In this document: positions 9,037-17,640 of the stretch, piece after piece
Layout of the letters: every line of letters starts with the position of its first letter
How positions within the stretch are numbered: position 1 is the stretch's first letter
NCBI GenBank assembly: GCA_025839675.1
Contig: CP104013.1
Coordinates: 1,470,001-1,502,000, forward strand
DNA from: Candidatus Lokiarchaeum ossiferum
GTDB lineage: Archaea; Asgardarchaeota; Lokiarchaeia; Sigyniarchaeales; Promethearchaeaceae
Reading direction: 5' to 3'
DNA length: 32,000 nt
Translations under genes and position numbers: made by a program
The notes under the pieces: generated by a model
Database searches by the model: none
Told to the model about the DNA's origin: nothing
What the model saw: only the letters and a program-made list of their open reading frames with translations

Positions 9037-10542
9037 ATGGCAGAAAGTATTGAAATTTTTGACCTTGCAATAATCGGCAGCGGGCCCGGAGGATACCATT
9101 CCGCCCTACGTGCTGCAACATTTGGAGCCAAAGTCGCATTAATTGAGAAGCATGAAAGACTTGGAGGCACTTGTTCAAATTGGGGGTGCATACCAACGAA
9201 AGCATTATATTCATCAGCAAAATTAATCGCGGATTTGAAAGAAAAAGCACCAGAATTTGGAATTAACTTCACAAATGGATTCACCACCGATTTTGGAAAA
9301 GCAGTTGAACGAAAGGATAAAGTAGTTCATGAACTTACCGATGGTATTCGAGGTCTTTGCAAAGCTAAGAAAGTGCAAGTGTTTCATGGTTTTGGATCTA
9401 TTCTTGGTGGAAATATTTACACCAATATTAATTTGAAAATCAAAGAACAAGATGGAAATGAGATTTTTATCAAAGCAAAAAGAATTATTGTTGCAACAGG
9501 CTCTGCTCCTGCAGAAATTCCCGCATTTAATGTTGATCACCAACGAATTCTTGATAGTGATGATTTATTGGATATTAAACGTGGTTTAAAAATTGCCCCA
9601 AAAAGTTTGATTATTATTGGTGGTGGAGTCATTGGGTGTGAATTTGCTAATATATTTGCCCAATATGGCACTGAAGTGACTTTATTAGAATATCTTCCAA
9701 CCATTTTGGCTAATGAAGAAAAATTAGTTGTAAAAACCATCAAGAAAGAATTCAAAAAATTGAATATAAACATCTTAGAAGGGAAAAACGTTCTTTCTGT
9801 GATCAATACAGGGGATCAAGTGAAAGCAACTATTTGTGATGCAAAAATTCCCCGTGATGAAGTTGATTCAGCAGAAAAGCAAGAATTTTTCGCAGAAAAA
9901 TGTTTGGTAAGTATTGGTCGAATGAAAGTTACTGAAGGGTTAGGATTGGAAAACTTCCAGATTGCTCTACAACGTGGTTCCATCCCAATCAACCATGAAA
10001 CGATGGAAACATCATTCCCTGGGATTTATGCTATTGGTGATTGCACTGGAATTCTTATGTTAGCACATTTTGCCAGTTATCAAGGAGATATTGCCGTATC
10101 GAATGCACTTTCATCAATTGGTGGATTCGAAGGTGTACACCCAGAGAAAGCAGATTTTGCGACTGTCCCAGCAACAACTTTTACCCATCCAAATATTGGA
10201 AGTGTCGGCTTACGCCAAAAAGAAGCCAAAGAAAAATATGGAGAAATATTGGTTGGCCGATTCGCATACCAAAGCAGCGGTAAAGCAAAATGTATGGGCG
10301 AAGAGACAGGTTTCATGATGGTTATTGCCGACGCGCGCACGGATAAAATTGTCGGAGCATCTTGCGTTGGAGAAGCGGCCCCAGAGTTGATCTCAGAAGT
10401 ATCAGTTGCAATGCGATTAGGATTGACCACTCATCAAATGGCCAGTGTTATTCACAGTCATCCTACATTATCTGAAATCGCCTTAGAAGCGGTTGAAGAT
10501 GTGCATGGAATGGCAATTCATAAAGCCGGTCGAAGAAGATAA
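9037..10542 (+). CDS. lpd: Dihydrolipoyl (dihydrolipoamide) dehydrogenase, class I pyridine nucleotide-disulfide oxidoreductase
   Basis: FAD motif IIGSGPGGY, redox-active disulfide GGTCSNWGCIPTK, NAD motif IIGGGVIGCEF, and C-terminal dimerisation domain with HSHPTLSE. Confidence 0.9.
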   Translation: MAESIEIFDLAIIGSGPGGYHSALRAATFGAKVALIEKHERLGGTCSNWGCIPTKALYSSAKLIADLKEKAPEFGINFTNGFTTDFGKAVERKDKVVHELTDGIRGLCKAKKVQVFHGFGSILGGNIYTNINLKIKEQDGNEIFIKAKRIIVATGSAPAEIPAFNVDHQRILDSDDLLDIKRGLKIAPKSLIIIGGGVIGCEFANIFAQYGTEVTLLEYLPTILANEEKLVVKTIKKEFKKLNINILEGKNVLSVINTGDQVKATICDAKIPRDEVDSAEKQEFFAEKCLVSIGRMKVTEGLGLENFQIALQRGSIPINHETMETSFPGIYAIGDCTGILMLAHFASYQGDIAVSNALSSIGGFEGVHPEKADFATVPATTFTHPNIGSVGLRQKEAKEKYGEILVGRFAYQSSGKAKCMGEETGFMMVIADARTDKIVGASCVGEAAPELISEVSVAMRLGLTTHQMASVIHSHPTLSEIALEAVEDVHGMAIHKAGRRR

Positions 10543-10660
10543 AACTTCTTTGAATCTATTCCTTTTTTATCTTATTTTCTTTTAATATCTTTGAAAATTC
10601 TTCCATTCAAACATTTCTAATAGGGATTGACCTTTTATCCTTCATCCCGTTATATTATGT

Positions 10661-11278
10661 ATGGAATCATCGAAAAATCGAAATAACCGATTTCATAACT
10701 GGTTATTTGATAAGATTGCATATTTTTATCAATGGTTCTTCAAAAAGCAAGTAAAATCCTATCAGAAAATACTGATGCGTCACATTGACCAGTTAAACTT
10801 AAAACCCAATGCGAAAATATTGGATATTGGATGCGGTACTGGAGCCTTTGGAACAGCATTTCAAAATCTGGGATACGATGTAGTTGGGGTAGATGTTGCT
10901 CCAGGTATGGTTAAACGTGCTTTAAGAAATAACTTAAAATGTCAACAAGCCGATGTTTTACAAGGATTGAATTTCTTACCTGAATCCTTCGATTTAGTTA
11001 TTGCAGCCTTTGTACTCCACGGATTGAAAGAAATTTATAGAAAGAAAATCTATGACGAAGCTTCAAGATTATCCAAAAATCAGATTTTATTTCACGACTA
11101 CTCTACTACAAGAAAAATACATATTTCCATTATTGAGTGGTTAGAACGAGGAGATTATTTTAATTTTATCAAGCAGATTCCATCAGAATTTAATGTCCAC
11201 TTCAATTCCGTAAAAATTACTCCGATAAAATCCCACCTGGCATTATATCACTGTAAGAAAGTAAAAAAAGAAATATAA
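10661..11278 (+). CDS. Class I SAM-dependent methyltransferase
   Basis: Motif I ILDIGCGTGAF, followed by VVGVDVAPGMV and DLVIAAFVLH. Confidence 0.8.
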   Translation: MESSKNRNNRFHNWLFDKIAYFYQWFFKKQVKSYQKILMRHIDQLNLKPNAKILDIGCGTGAFGTAFQNLGYDVVGVDVAPGMVKRALRNNLKCQQADVLQGLNFLPESFDLVIAAFVLHGLKEIYRKKIYDEASRLSKNQILFHDYSTTRKIHISIIEWLERGDYFNFIKQIPSEFNVHFNSVKITPIKSHLALYHCKKVKKEI

Positions 11279-11279
11279 T

Positions 11280-12023
11280 TTAGACAGAGAATTGATTAGT
11301 TAAAGTCATCTCATGAAAAGTAGATAAGATATTTGTTGGATCTTTAATCAGTTCACCTAGTTTTGCATCCTTTCCAAGTTTTTCTAACTGCTTTAAATAG
11401 AATTCGACAACCTCGCAGGCTTTTTGAATTGATTCTTGAGAGTTTTGGATTAAACCATGGCCAGGAATAAGAACATGATAGGGTAAAGATTTAATCCTGG
11501 AAACATTGTCAAAATGAAGTTGAAAAGTAGAATCGGCTCCAACATAGGGAAGATATTGATGACCTTCATAATCAAAAATCAAAAGATCACCGACAATCAT
11601 ATATTTATTATTCAGAATTATGGAAATAGATCCACTACTGTGACCTGGAGTTTCGAGTATTTGCAGTGAATGAGTTCCAAATTGGAAGAGATCGCCATCT
11701 TGGTGCAAATTTTGAGGGATAAAAGTGGGATCATTCACGTTATCCGCAAAATTTTCTTTGTAGTTCTTGCCACAATGGATTTGACAATTGGCGAAAAGTG
11801 AATTGGCAAAGCAATGGTCAGAATGTAAATGAGAAAAGAAAACATCGGTAACTGTGATTCCTTCGCGCGCAAGATGACGTTTCACTTGCAGAGCTTGTTG
11901 TTCATTTCCAATATCGATTAAACATGAATGATTTTCATGAATAAGGGCAACAATATTGACTCCATATCCTTCTTTGAAGGTATATAACAAAATATTGGAT
12001 TCGAGTTGGGAAACTTCCATCAT
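11280..12023 (-). CDS. Metallo-beta-lactamase-fold hydrolase
   Basis: HxHxDH motif (SHLHSDHCF), downstream TPGHSSGS and a distal PGHG. Confidence 0.8.
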   Translation of the reverse strand: MMEVSQLESNILLYTFKEGYGVNIVALIHENHSCLIDIGNEQQALQVKRHLAREGITVTDVFFSHLHSDHCFANSLFANCQIHCGKNYKENFADNVNDPTFIPQNLHQDGDLFQFGTHSLQILETPGHSSGSISIILNNKYMIVGDLLIFDYEGHQYLPYVGADSTFQLHFDNVSRIKSLPYHVLIPGHGLIQNSQESIQKACEVVEFYLKQLEKLGKDAKLGELIKDPTNILSTFHEMTLTNQFSV

Positions 12024-12163
12024 ATCGAGTTAATTAAACCAATTAGGATTTTAAGACTTACTATTTCATTTTGAAAACAACATGAAAAAAAAGGAAAAAG
12101 AAATACAATTCAATGGAATAGAAATTTTGAGCAATTTTATATTTAGTAGTTGTAGAAGCAATC

Positions 12164-13465
12164 CTATTCCATCAAATACTTCAACAAACGAGTATTATCT
12201 TGATGGGGGAAAAATTTATCAAATTCAATGAAATACTTTTCAGGCCCATATCCCACAAATGCTTTGTATCTTGATTCTTTCTCTATATGCAGTTCATGAT
12301 CTTTCAAATCAAAAAGTGAATTTTTTTTAACATATTTAAACCATCCTTCAATATCATCGAGTATAAAACCAACATTGACCGCTTTTTGATCCGTAAATTT
12401 ATGCATTCCTCGTTTTTCATCAACAATGGCCATAAATCCTGTTTCCGATACTCTGTAAATTTTAGTCCATCCTTGATCTACTACTTCCTCAAACCCATAA
12501 ACATCTTCATAAAAATGTTGCATAGCTAATACATCCTTATAATAGAGCCAAATTATGGTTGAGTGTATCGATAGTTCTGCTGGAACATCACTTTCGTGCG
12601 CAGATTGAACAACAACTTCTTTATTTTGGTTTAAGAGGGGAAAAAATCGTTCATTTTCTTGATGTTGATTAAATCGTTCGAATTCCAACAAATATCCTTC
12701 CGGATCTACAACTATAAAACCATCATGTGCACTATTCTCTTTTTCTTTAAAGTCATCTTTGATCTTCACATTTTTGCTTTTTAAGTGTTCATACCACTCT
12801 TTTAGCTGATCAGTCAACAAAGCGAGTGCAACTGTTTTCGGTTCTTCAGTAGTATGCATTCCTTTTGCCCCATCAACCAAGATAAGATAGGAATCTTTTG
12901 TCATTCGCATTATTTGAGCCATTTTATAATCGGCCATCAACTCAAATCCAAGATTCTTGACATAGAACTCTCCGGCTTTTTTTAGATCGTCATAATAAAG
13001 AAATAGATTATTCGCTTTAAGTCCAAAATTAATCATCGTTTTGAAAGGAGTATTCATAGACAAAAGTCCATTAATTTTTTGAGGACTATAACTAAGCATC
13101 CTACCGAATCTTTTTGATATCATACGGCGGTTTTTTTCATTATATTGCGCTGTATCTTTTAATAACTTCTGATCTTCTTTTAACATCAGATAGTTATCTT
13201 TTGTTGTTCCTTGAAAAAGAAGAAGCACGTCCAATCCCTTCGCAATATCTGCCGGGAATAAATCGGTCACTATAAGATCCGATTCTCTATATACTAATAC
13301 ATTATGTTTTGCGGCTATTTTCTTTGCATCCTCAATGAAATTATCCATTTCATCAGGAGGTAAAGGTGCACTTAATGCTAGCTGTTTAACCCCTGCATTT
13401 ATTACTTCAGAGAAAGCCCCTACCACGCCAAGATCAAATGATTTTTTATGCAATTTGGGACCCAT
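12164..13465 (-). CDS. Three-part protein: unknown N-terminal domain plus two VOC/glyoxalase-fold domains
   Basis: Two copies of the pattern 'hydrophobic strand-Y(Y)-D/K-D-x-x-x-A-x-x-FY-x-x-x-x-GFE ... VDPEGY/GPEKY-x-x-EF-x-(R/K)F', typical of the VOC superfamily. Confidence 0.65.
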   Translation of the reverse strand: MGPKLHKKSFDLGVVGAFSEVINAGVKQLALSAPLPPDEMDNFIEDAKKIAAKHNVLVYRESDLIVTDLFPADIAKGLDVLLLFQGTTKDNYLMLKEDQKLLKDTAQYNEKNRRMISKRFGRMLSYSPQKINGLLSMNTPFKTMINFGLKANNLFLYYDDLKKAGEFYVKNLGFELMADYKMAQIMRMTKDSYLILVDGAKGMHTTEEPKTVALALLTDQLKEWYEHLKSKNVKIKDDFKEKENSAHDGFIVVDPEGYLLEFERFNQHQENERFFPLLNQNKEVVVQSAHESDVPAELSIHSTIIWLYYKDVLAMQHFYEDVYGFEEVVDQGWTKIYRVSETGFMAIVDEKRGMHKFTDQKAVNVGFILDDIEGWFKYVKKNSLFDLKDHELHIEKESRYKAFVGYGPEKYFIEFDKFFPHQDNTRLLKYLME

Positions 13466-13584
13466 TTTTCTAATTTCTTCTATGGGATAAAAAATTTAAT
13501 GTTTTTTATCCTTGGAAATTTTCCAATGATTTCACAGATCAGACATATACATATATCCATTTCGATACCCATTGTATTTTATAA

Positions 13585-13664
13585 GATCATCTAATGATCG
13601 ACTTATGTCCATGAAATGTTATTTTTACGATCATACGATGATCATAATGCCATCATTTATGATG
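13585..13664. promoter_or_regulatory. Three short palindromes upstream of the ECF transporter: GATCAT-N3-ATGATC (x2) and CATCAT-N2-ATGATG
   Basis: GATCATctaATGATC at 13585-13599, GATCATacgATGATC at 13629-13643 (44 bp apart), and CATCATttATGATG at 13651-13664. All lie 34-113 nt upstream of the ATG at 13698. Confidence 0.4.
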
Positions 13665-13697
13665 ATGGTCACTTTACATTTTCATGGTCTTGATATT

Positions 13698-14366
13698 ATG
13701 AATAATGAAAAATTTAAAATGACCTTACCGGAGATTATCTTGGTAGCACTCATGAGTGCTTTGAACGCGGGTTTCGATTTATTACTAAGTCCTCCTTTAA
13801 AAGTATTATTTGGACATATTGTAGCAGGAATCTTTTTAATGGTACCTATTAATTTCATCTTCATAACTTTTACAAAACTAATGGTAAATAAACATGGTAC
13901 AGCAACAATTTTCTTGACAATTTTTGCAACGATTTCAATTCCCACAGCAATGTTCGGAGGAGTTCCTGGAGCCTACAAAATTCTCATTGGTGCAGTAATT
14001 GGGATAGGTCTGGATTTGATCTTTAGTATTAAAAATAAAATTGCTAAAATTATTGCTGGAGGAATTTTGGGTGCTGTAATCTGGTGGATTACACTTTTTA
14101 CAATCTGGCAATTGTTCAAATTTCCATTTGTAACGGGATTTAGTAACTTACTAAATGCAGCAAGCCCAAATTTCGCAGAAAGCATCGATCTTTCTAACAT
14201 CATTCAATTACCAATCACAGGGTTTGGAGGTGCTTTCTTTGCATTTGCAACACTATGTGGACTTTTATCAGCGATTCCTTGTGTGATAGGTGGATTCATA
14301 GGCTTCGGGTTATTTAGGACCATCGAAAAAACCGCATTATATGAGAAATTCCAAAATATGCAATAA
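13698..14366 (+). CDS. Small 6-TM membrane protein, candidate ECF-transporter S (substrate-capture) component of unknown specificity
   Basis: About 222 aa with about 6 hydrophobic helices, directly upstream of the EcfA/EcfT genes. The ATG at 13698 is preferred over the TTG at 13572, because the extension is an implausible M/F/H-rich peptide overlapping the palindromes. Confidence 0.55.
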   Translation: MNNEKFKMTLPEIILVALMSALNAGFDLLLSPPLKVLFGHIVAGIFLMVPINFIFITFTKLMVNKHGTATIFLTIFATISIPTAMFGGVPGAYKILIGAVIGIGLDLIFSIKNKIAKIIAGGILGAVIWWITLFTIWQLFKFPFVTGFSNLLNAASPNFAESIDLSNIIQLPITGFGGAFFAFATLCGLLSAIPCVIGGFIGFGLFRTIEKTALYEKFQNMQ

Positions 14367-14461
14367 TTATCTCACCTTGCAAAATCGTTTAAGAGCTAGA
14401 AGATTTTATTTGGTAACCTTTTTTTTAATCCACTACCCTATAAAGGCCTTGTGAAAAAAAC

Positions 14462-15199
14462 ATGGATAATCCCACCCATCGAGTACTACAACCTATAATT
14501 CAAGTCAAAGATCTTTCTTTTGCCTATAAGAAGGAAAACTGGATACTTAAGGATGTTTCTTTTTCCATTCAACCAGGAGAAATTGTAGCAATAGCCGGTC
14601 AATCGGGAATTGGGAAAACTACGATGGGTTTTATTCTTAAAGGACTTATTCCTCACACGATTAAAGGAAAGTTAAAGGGAAGCATTCAAGTTGCGGGTTG
14701 GGATGTAAAAAAAACAAAAATAGTTAAACTAGCGAAAGCCATAGGGATGGTTTTCCAAGACCTAAACTCCCAATTATTCAGCACATCTGTTCAAGAGGAA
14801 GTTGAATTTGGCCTACGAAACTTGAAATTAAATCTCGAATGGGGACTTGAAGCAATGGAATTTTTGGGTATTGCAAATCTACGCGAACGAATGCCAATGA
14901 ATTTATCTGCAGGTCAAAAACAAAGGGTTATATTAGCAGCCATCATTGCAACACACCCAAAAGTATTAATCCTCGATGAACCTTCTGCTCATCTGGATAA
15001 AATTTCTAAAATTGGGTTAAAAAACCTACTGATGAAATTAAATCATGAATATGGAACAACTATTCTCATCATAGAACAAGATCCGTGGATATTAGGAGAG
15101 ATGTGTCAATCAATCCTCCATGTTGAAGATTGCACGATTCGAAGAACTGACAAAAATAGACTTTTAGAGAAAAAACCTCAATGGAGCTGGAAAACATGA
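14462..15199 (+). CDS. ecfA: ABC ATPase of an ECF/CbiO-type transporter
   Basis: Walker A GQSGIGKTT, Q-loop VFQD, signature LSAGQKQRV, Walker B ILILDEPSAHLD. Confidence 0.85.
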   Translation: MDNPTHRVLQPIIQVKDLSFAYKKENWILKDVSFSIQPGEIVAIAGQSGIGKTTMGFILKGLIPHTIKGKLKGSIQVAGWDVKKTKIVKLAKAIGMVFQDLNSQLFSTSVQEEVEFGLRNLKLNLEWGLEAMEFLGIANLRERMPMNLSAGQKQRVILAAIIATHPKVLILDEPSAHLDKISKIGLKNLLMKLNHEYGTTILIIEQDPWILGEMCQSILHVEDCTIRRTDKNRLLEKKPQWSWKT

Positions 15200-15864
15200 C
15201 TTCAATTTCTAATCTTATGGATGAATCTACAACAATATCTGCTAATTCCCAACATGTTCAATCAAAATCGCAAAAATCAACTCCAATTTGGGCAGATTAT
15301 AAATTTCATATTCATCCGATAATTAAATTCTTACTATTTGGAATTTTGAATGTAGCAGCCTTTTTACCCAGTTTTCAACAAATAAGGTGGATTTTTCTCA
15401 TTATCGAAATAATTTTAGCCTTTGGGATTAAATTGGAGATTTATCGTGTTCAAGGATTTTTCAAGTTTCTTTTTATGAATTTCATTGGGATTTATTTTCT
15501 CTTTTACTTTGTCGATTTTAGTTGGATAAATGCCTTCATTCTGTTCTATCAATATACACTCTCAATGCTGATTCTCTTTTTAGGAACCTTCATTTTTACA
15601 CAAACTACACCTCCCCGCGAGTTGCTTACCGCATTAAGGATGTTTCATATTCCGCGAAAATTAGCCTTGGGAATTACAGTAGCAATTACATTTTTACCTT
15701 TGTTGACGGAACGAATTCGTCTTACACGAGCCTATCAAGAAGCAAGAGGATATAAAGTACATTTTTGGAATTTAGGACCGATTATAATTCCAAGCTTGCT
15801 AAATATTCTGGATTTATCAATGAATTTAGCAATTTCCATGGAATCTAGAGGATATGAAGTTTAG
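15196..15864 (+). CDS. ecfT: ECF transporter transmembrane (T) component, CbiQ/EcfT family
   Basis: Polytopic protein with C-terminal coupling-helix Arg motifs (AYQEARGY, SMESRGY). The ATG at 15196 overlaps the ecfA stop (ATGA), suggesting translational coupling. The ORF track's earlier start at 15181 is also possible. Confidence 0.8.
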   Translation: MTSISNLMDESTTISANSQHVQSKSQKSTPIWADYKFHIHPIIKFLLFGILNVAAFLPSFQQIRWIFLIIEIILAFGIKLEIYRVQGFFKFLFMNFIGIYFLFYFVDFSWINAFILFYQYTLSMLILFLGTFIFTQTTPPRELLTALRMFHIPRKLALGITVAITFLPLLTERIRLTRAYQEARGYKVHFWNLGPIIIPSLLNILDLSMNLAISMESRGYEV

Positions 15865-15921
15865 ATAATATTTGGAATTTGTGACAAATTCGTGTATAAA
15901 ATTTGGCCTTACATACATTGT

Positions 15922-15931
15922 AAAGTATAAA
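15922..15931 (+). promoter_or_regulatory. TATA-like box (AAGTATAAAC) upstream of the TPR-longin gene
   Basis: Lies 17-26 nt upstream of the ATG at 15948, consistent with a leaderless or very short-leader archaeal transcript. Confidence 0.3.
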
Positions 15932-15947
15932 CGTTTTATTGTTATTA

Positions 15948-17564
15948 ATGGAAGATCATTTTCATGAAGAAGAAAATACGGAATTGGGAGCGTCCTACTC
16001 TCTTACAATTGCAGTTGAGGATTTTAAACAAAGTGTGCAGTTATACCAAAGTAAAAATCTGAAAGCGGCCTACAATCTTCTTCAAAAAGCCTTAAAAAAA
16101 TTCCAATTGGAAAAACAACATAAATTGGTTATGGAATCAACCTATCTTATTGCAACAATTCTATTTCAGTTTGAGAAGTACTCCAAAGCAATTTCCTATT
16201 TCAAGGACTTAAATTTATTAGCAACAGAATTAAAACATCAGAGATATCAAGAATTATCTTCCTTCATGCAAGCATATTGTTATTATAAAAACAAAAAATT
16301 TGCTAAAGCGTATGAAATTTTCGAAAGAGAATTAATAGGTTCAACATCCTATGTAAATCGATTACAATTTTTTACCTTCAAAGCACGAACCTGTAGCAAA
16401 TTAGGATATCGAGATCAAGCAATCCCATATTTTGAAGAAGCAATCATGATTTGCGAAAAAACCTCGGATTTACCAGGAATTAAACCCCAACAAGCACAAT
16501 TGTTATATGATTTAGGATTGGAATATCATTATCATATACTGGATGAACTACGAGCCGCAGGTTTTTCTCAGTACAATAACTTGCTGAAATGGTCTCAAGA
16601 ATTTAATCAATCAATTAACAATTTCTCCAAAGCAGTTGATATATGGACAAATACTGGAGAAATAAAAAAAACAATTGCGACTTACCAAATTATGGGGAAT
16701 ATTTATGGTTATTTGAAAAATAACCAAAAACAACAAGATTACTATAATAAGGCCCTTCAGAATGCAGAACAGAGTAACGAATTTACTCAATATATCAAAA
16801 TCGCAAAAATACTTATTCGATTACTCAATGAACAAAATGCTTTCACCGATCTAATCCCACTTCTTCAAAAAATCATCTCCATTCTCAATCAACATGGTAA
16901 TAGTGATGTATTGTCCATTGCGGGATTTCATCTTGAAATCGGGAAAGCTTTAAAAAAACTTAATCAAATTGACGAGGCATTGTTGGAATTTATTACGGCA
17001 TTGAACATATATCAACGCTTAAAAATTCCAGTCCAAGGCCACAAACGAACTTTATTAGCACTTCTTGATATTTACCAGACCAAACAAGAAAATAAGAAAA
17101 TTTCATATTACTCTGAGCAATTAAACAAATTGAATAGTAAATTTGAAGACTTACAACCCCATACTGAAAATAATTTAGGTGTTCTAAACGATTTCTGGAT
17201 CATAACTGAAACAGGATTGGAGATCTTTTCCTATTCTCCAGGTATGGAAATAAATCTCACTTTATTTGGAGGATTTGTCTCTGCATTACAAACTTTTTCT
17301 CAAGAAGTTACAAAGAAAAGGATGGAATCTTTTGTGATAGGAGATTTGAGGTATTCATTTTACTTTGAAGATGGAAAAAAAATATTCATCTTGGGAAGAT
17401 CAGAACTTTCAGAATCAGAAAAAACCGTTAATTTTATTTTAAAACAGATTTATCAACGGTTTAACTTAGAATTTGAAAAAAGACTTGAAAAATTTTCAGG
17501 AGATGTAACTCCATTCTCCAAATTTGGAGAGATCTTAGCAACTATTGATTTCAACTTAGCTTGA
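15948..17564 (+). CDS. TPR-repeat protein with a C-terminal longin/roadblock-like (profilin-fold-like) domain
   Basis: About 400 aa of 34-residue-type A/Y/L repeats (for example AAYNLLQKALKKF, KAISYFKDL, KAYEIFERE, QAIPYFEEAI, DYYNKALQNAE, EALLEFITALNIYQ). The C-terminal ~130 aa (17166-17561) shows a beta-beta-alpha-beta-beta-alpha pattern: FWIITETGLEIFSY / LFGGFVSALQTFSQEV / FVIGDLRYSFYFED / KIFILGRS / TVNFILKQIYQRF. The ATG at 15948 is preferred to the TTG at 15939. Confidence 0.65.
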   Translation: MEDHFHEEENTELGASYSLTIAVEDFKQSVQLYQSKNLKAAYNLLQKALKKFQLEKQHKLVMESTYLIATILFQFEKYSKAISYFKDLNLLATELKHQRYQELSSFMQAYCYYKNKKFAKAYEIFERELIGSTSYVNRLQFFTFKARTCSKLGYRDQAIPYFEEAIMICEKTSDLPGIKPQQAQLLYDLGLEYHYHILDELRAAGFSQYNNLLKWSQEFNQSINNFSKAVDIWTNTGEIKKTIATYQIMGNIYGYLKNNQKQQDYYNKALQNAEQSNEFTQYIKIAKILIRLLNEQNAFTDLIPLLQKIISILNQHGNSDVLSIAGFHLEIGKALKKLNQIDEALLEFITALNIYQRLKIPVQGHKRTLLALLDIYQTKQENKKISYYSEQLNKLNSKFEDLQPHTENNLGVLNDFWIITETGLEIFSYSPGMEINLTLFGGFVSALQTFSQEVTKKRMESFVIGDLRYSFYFEDGKKIFILGRSELSESEKTVNFILKQIYQRFNLEFEKRLEKFSGDVTPFSKFGEILATIDFNLA

Positions 17565-17640
17565 TTGGGAGAAAAAATATAGTAAATATTGGTCTATACA
17601 AAAAATATATACTAAGAATTATAAAATTCAAAGGAGAGTA

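Noticed and set aside
8839-9806. Minus-strand ORFs 8839..9099, 8993..9250, 9030..9287, 9223..9543 and 9537..9806 around and inside lpd.
   Set aside because: They are antisense shadows of the strongly supported lpd gene, or run through the AT-rich spacer. They have no motifs and implausible composition.
13572-13697. The N-terminal extension of the ECF S-like ORF from the TTG at 13572 (MYFIRSSNDRLMSMKCYFYDHTMIIMPSFMMMVTLHFHGLDI).
   Set aside because: It has a non-ATG start and an odd M/H/F-rich peptide, and it overlaps the palindromic candidate operator region. The ATG at 13698 gives a standard short cytoplasmic N-terminus before TM1.
13466-13697. A possible riboswitch upstream of the ECF transporter.
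   Set aside because: I could not recognise any conserved riboswitch core (TPP, FMN, cobalamin, preQ1 and so on). The visible structure is short DNA-type palindromes, better explained as protein operators.
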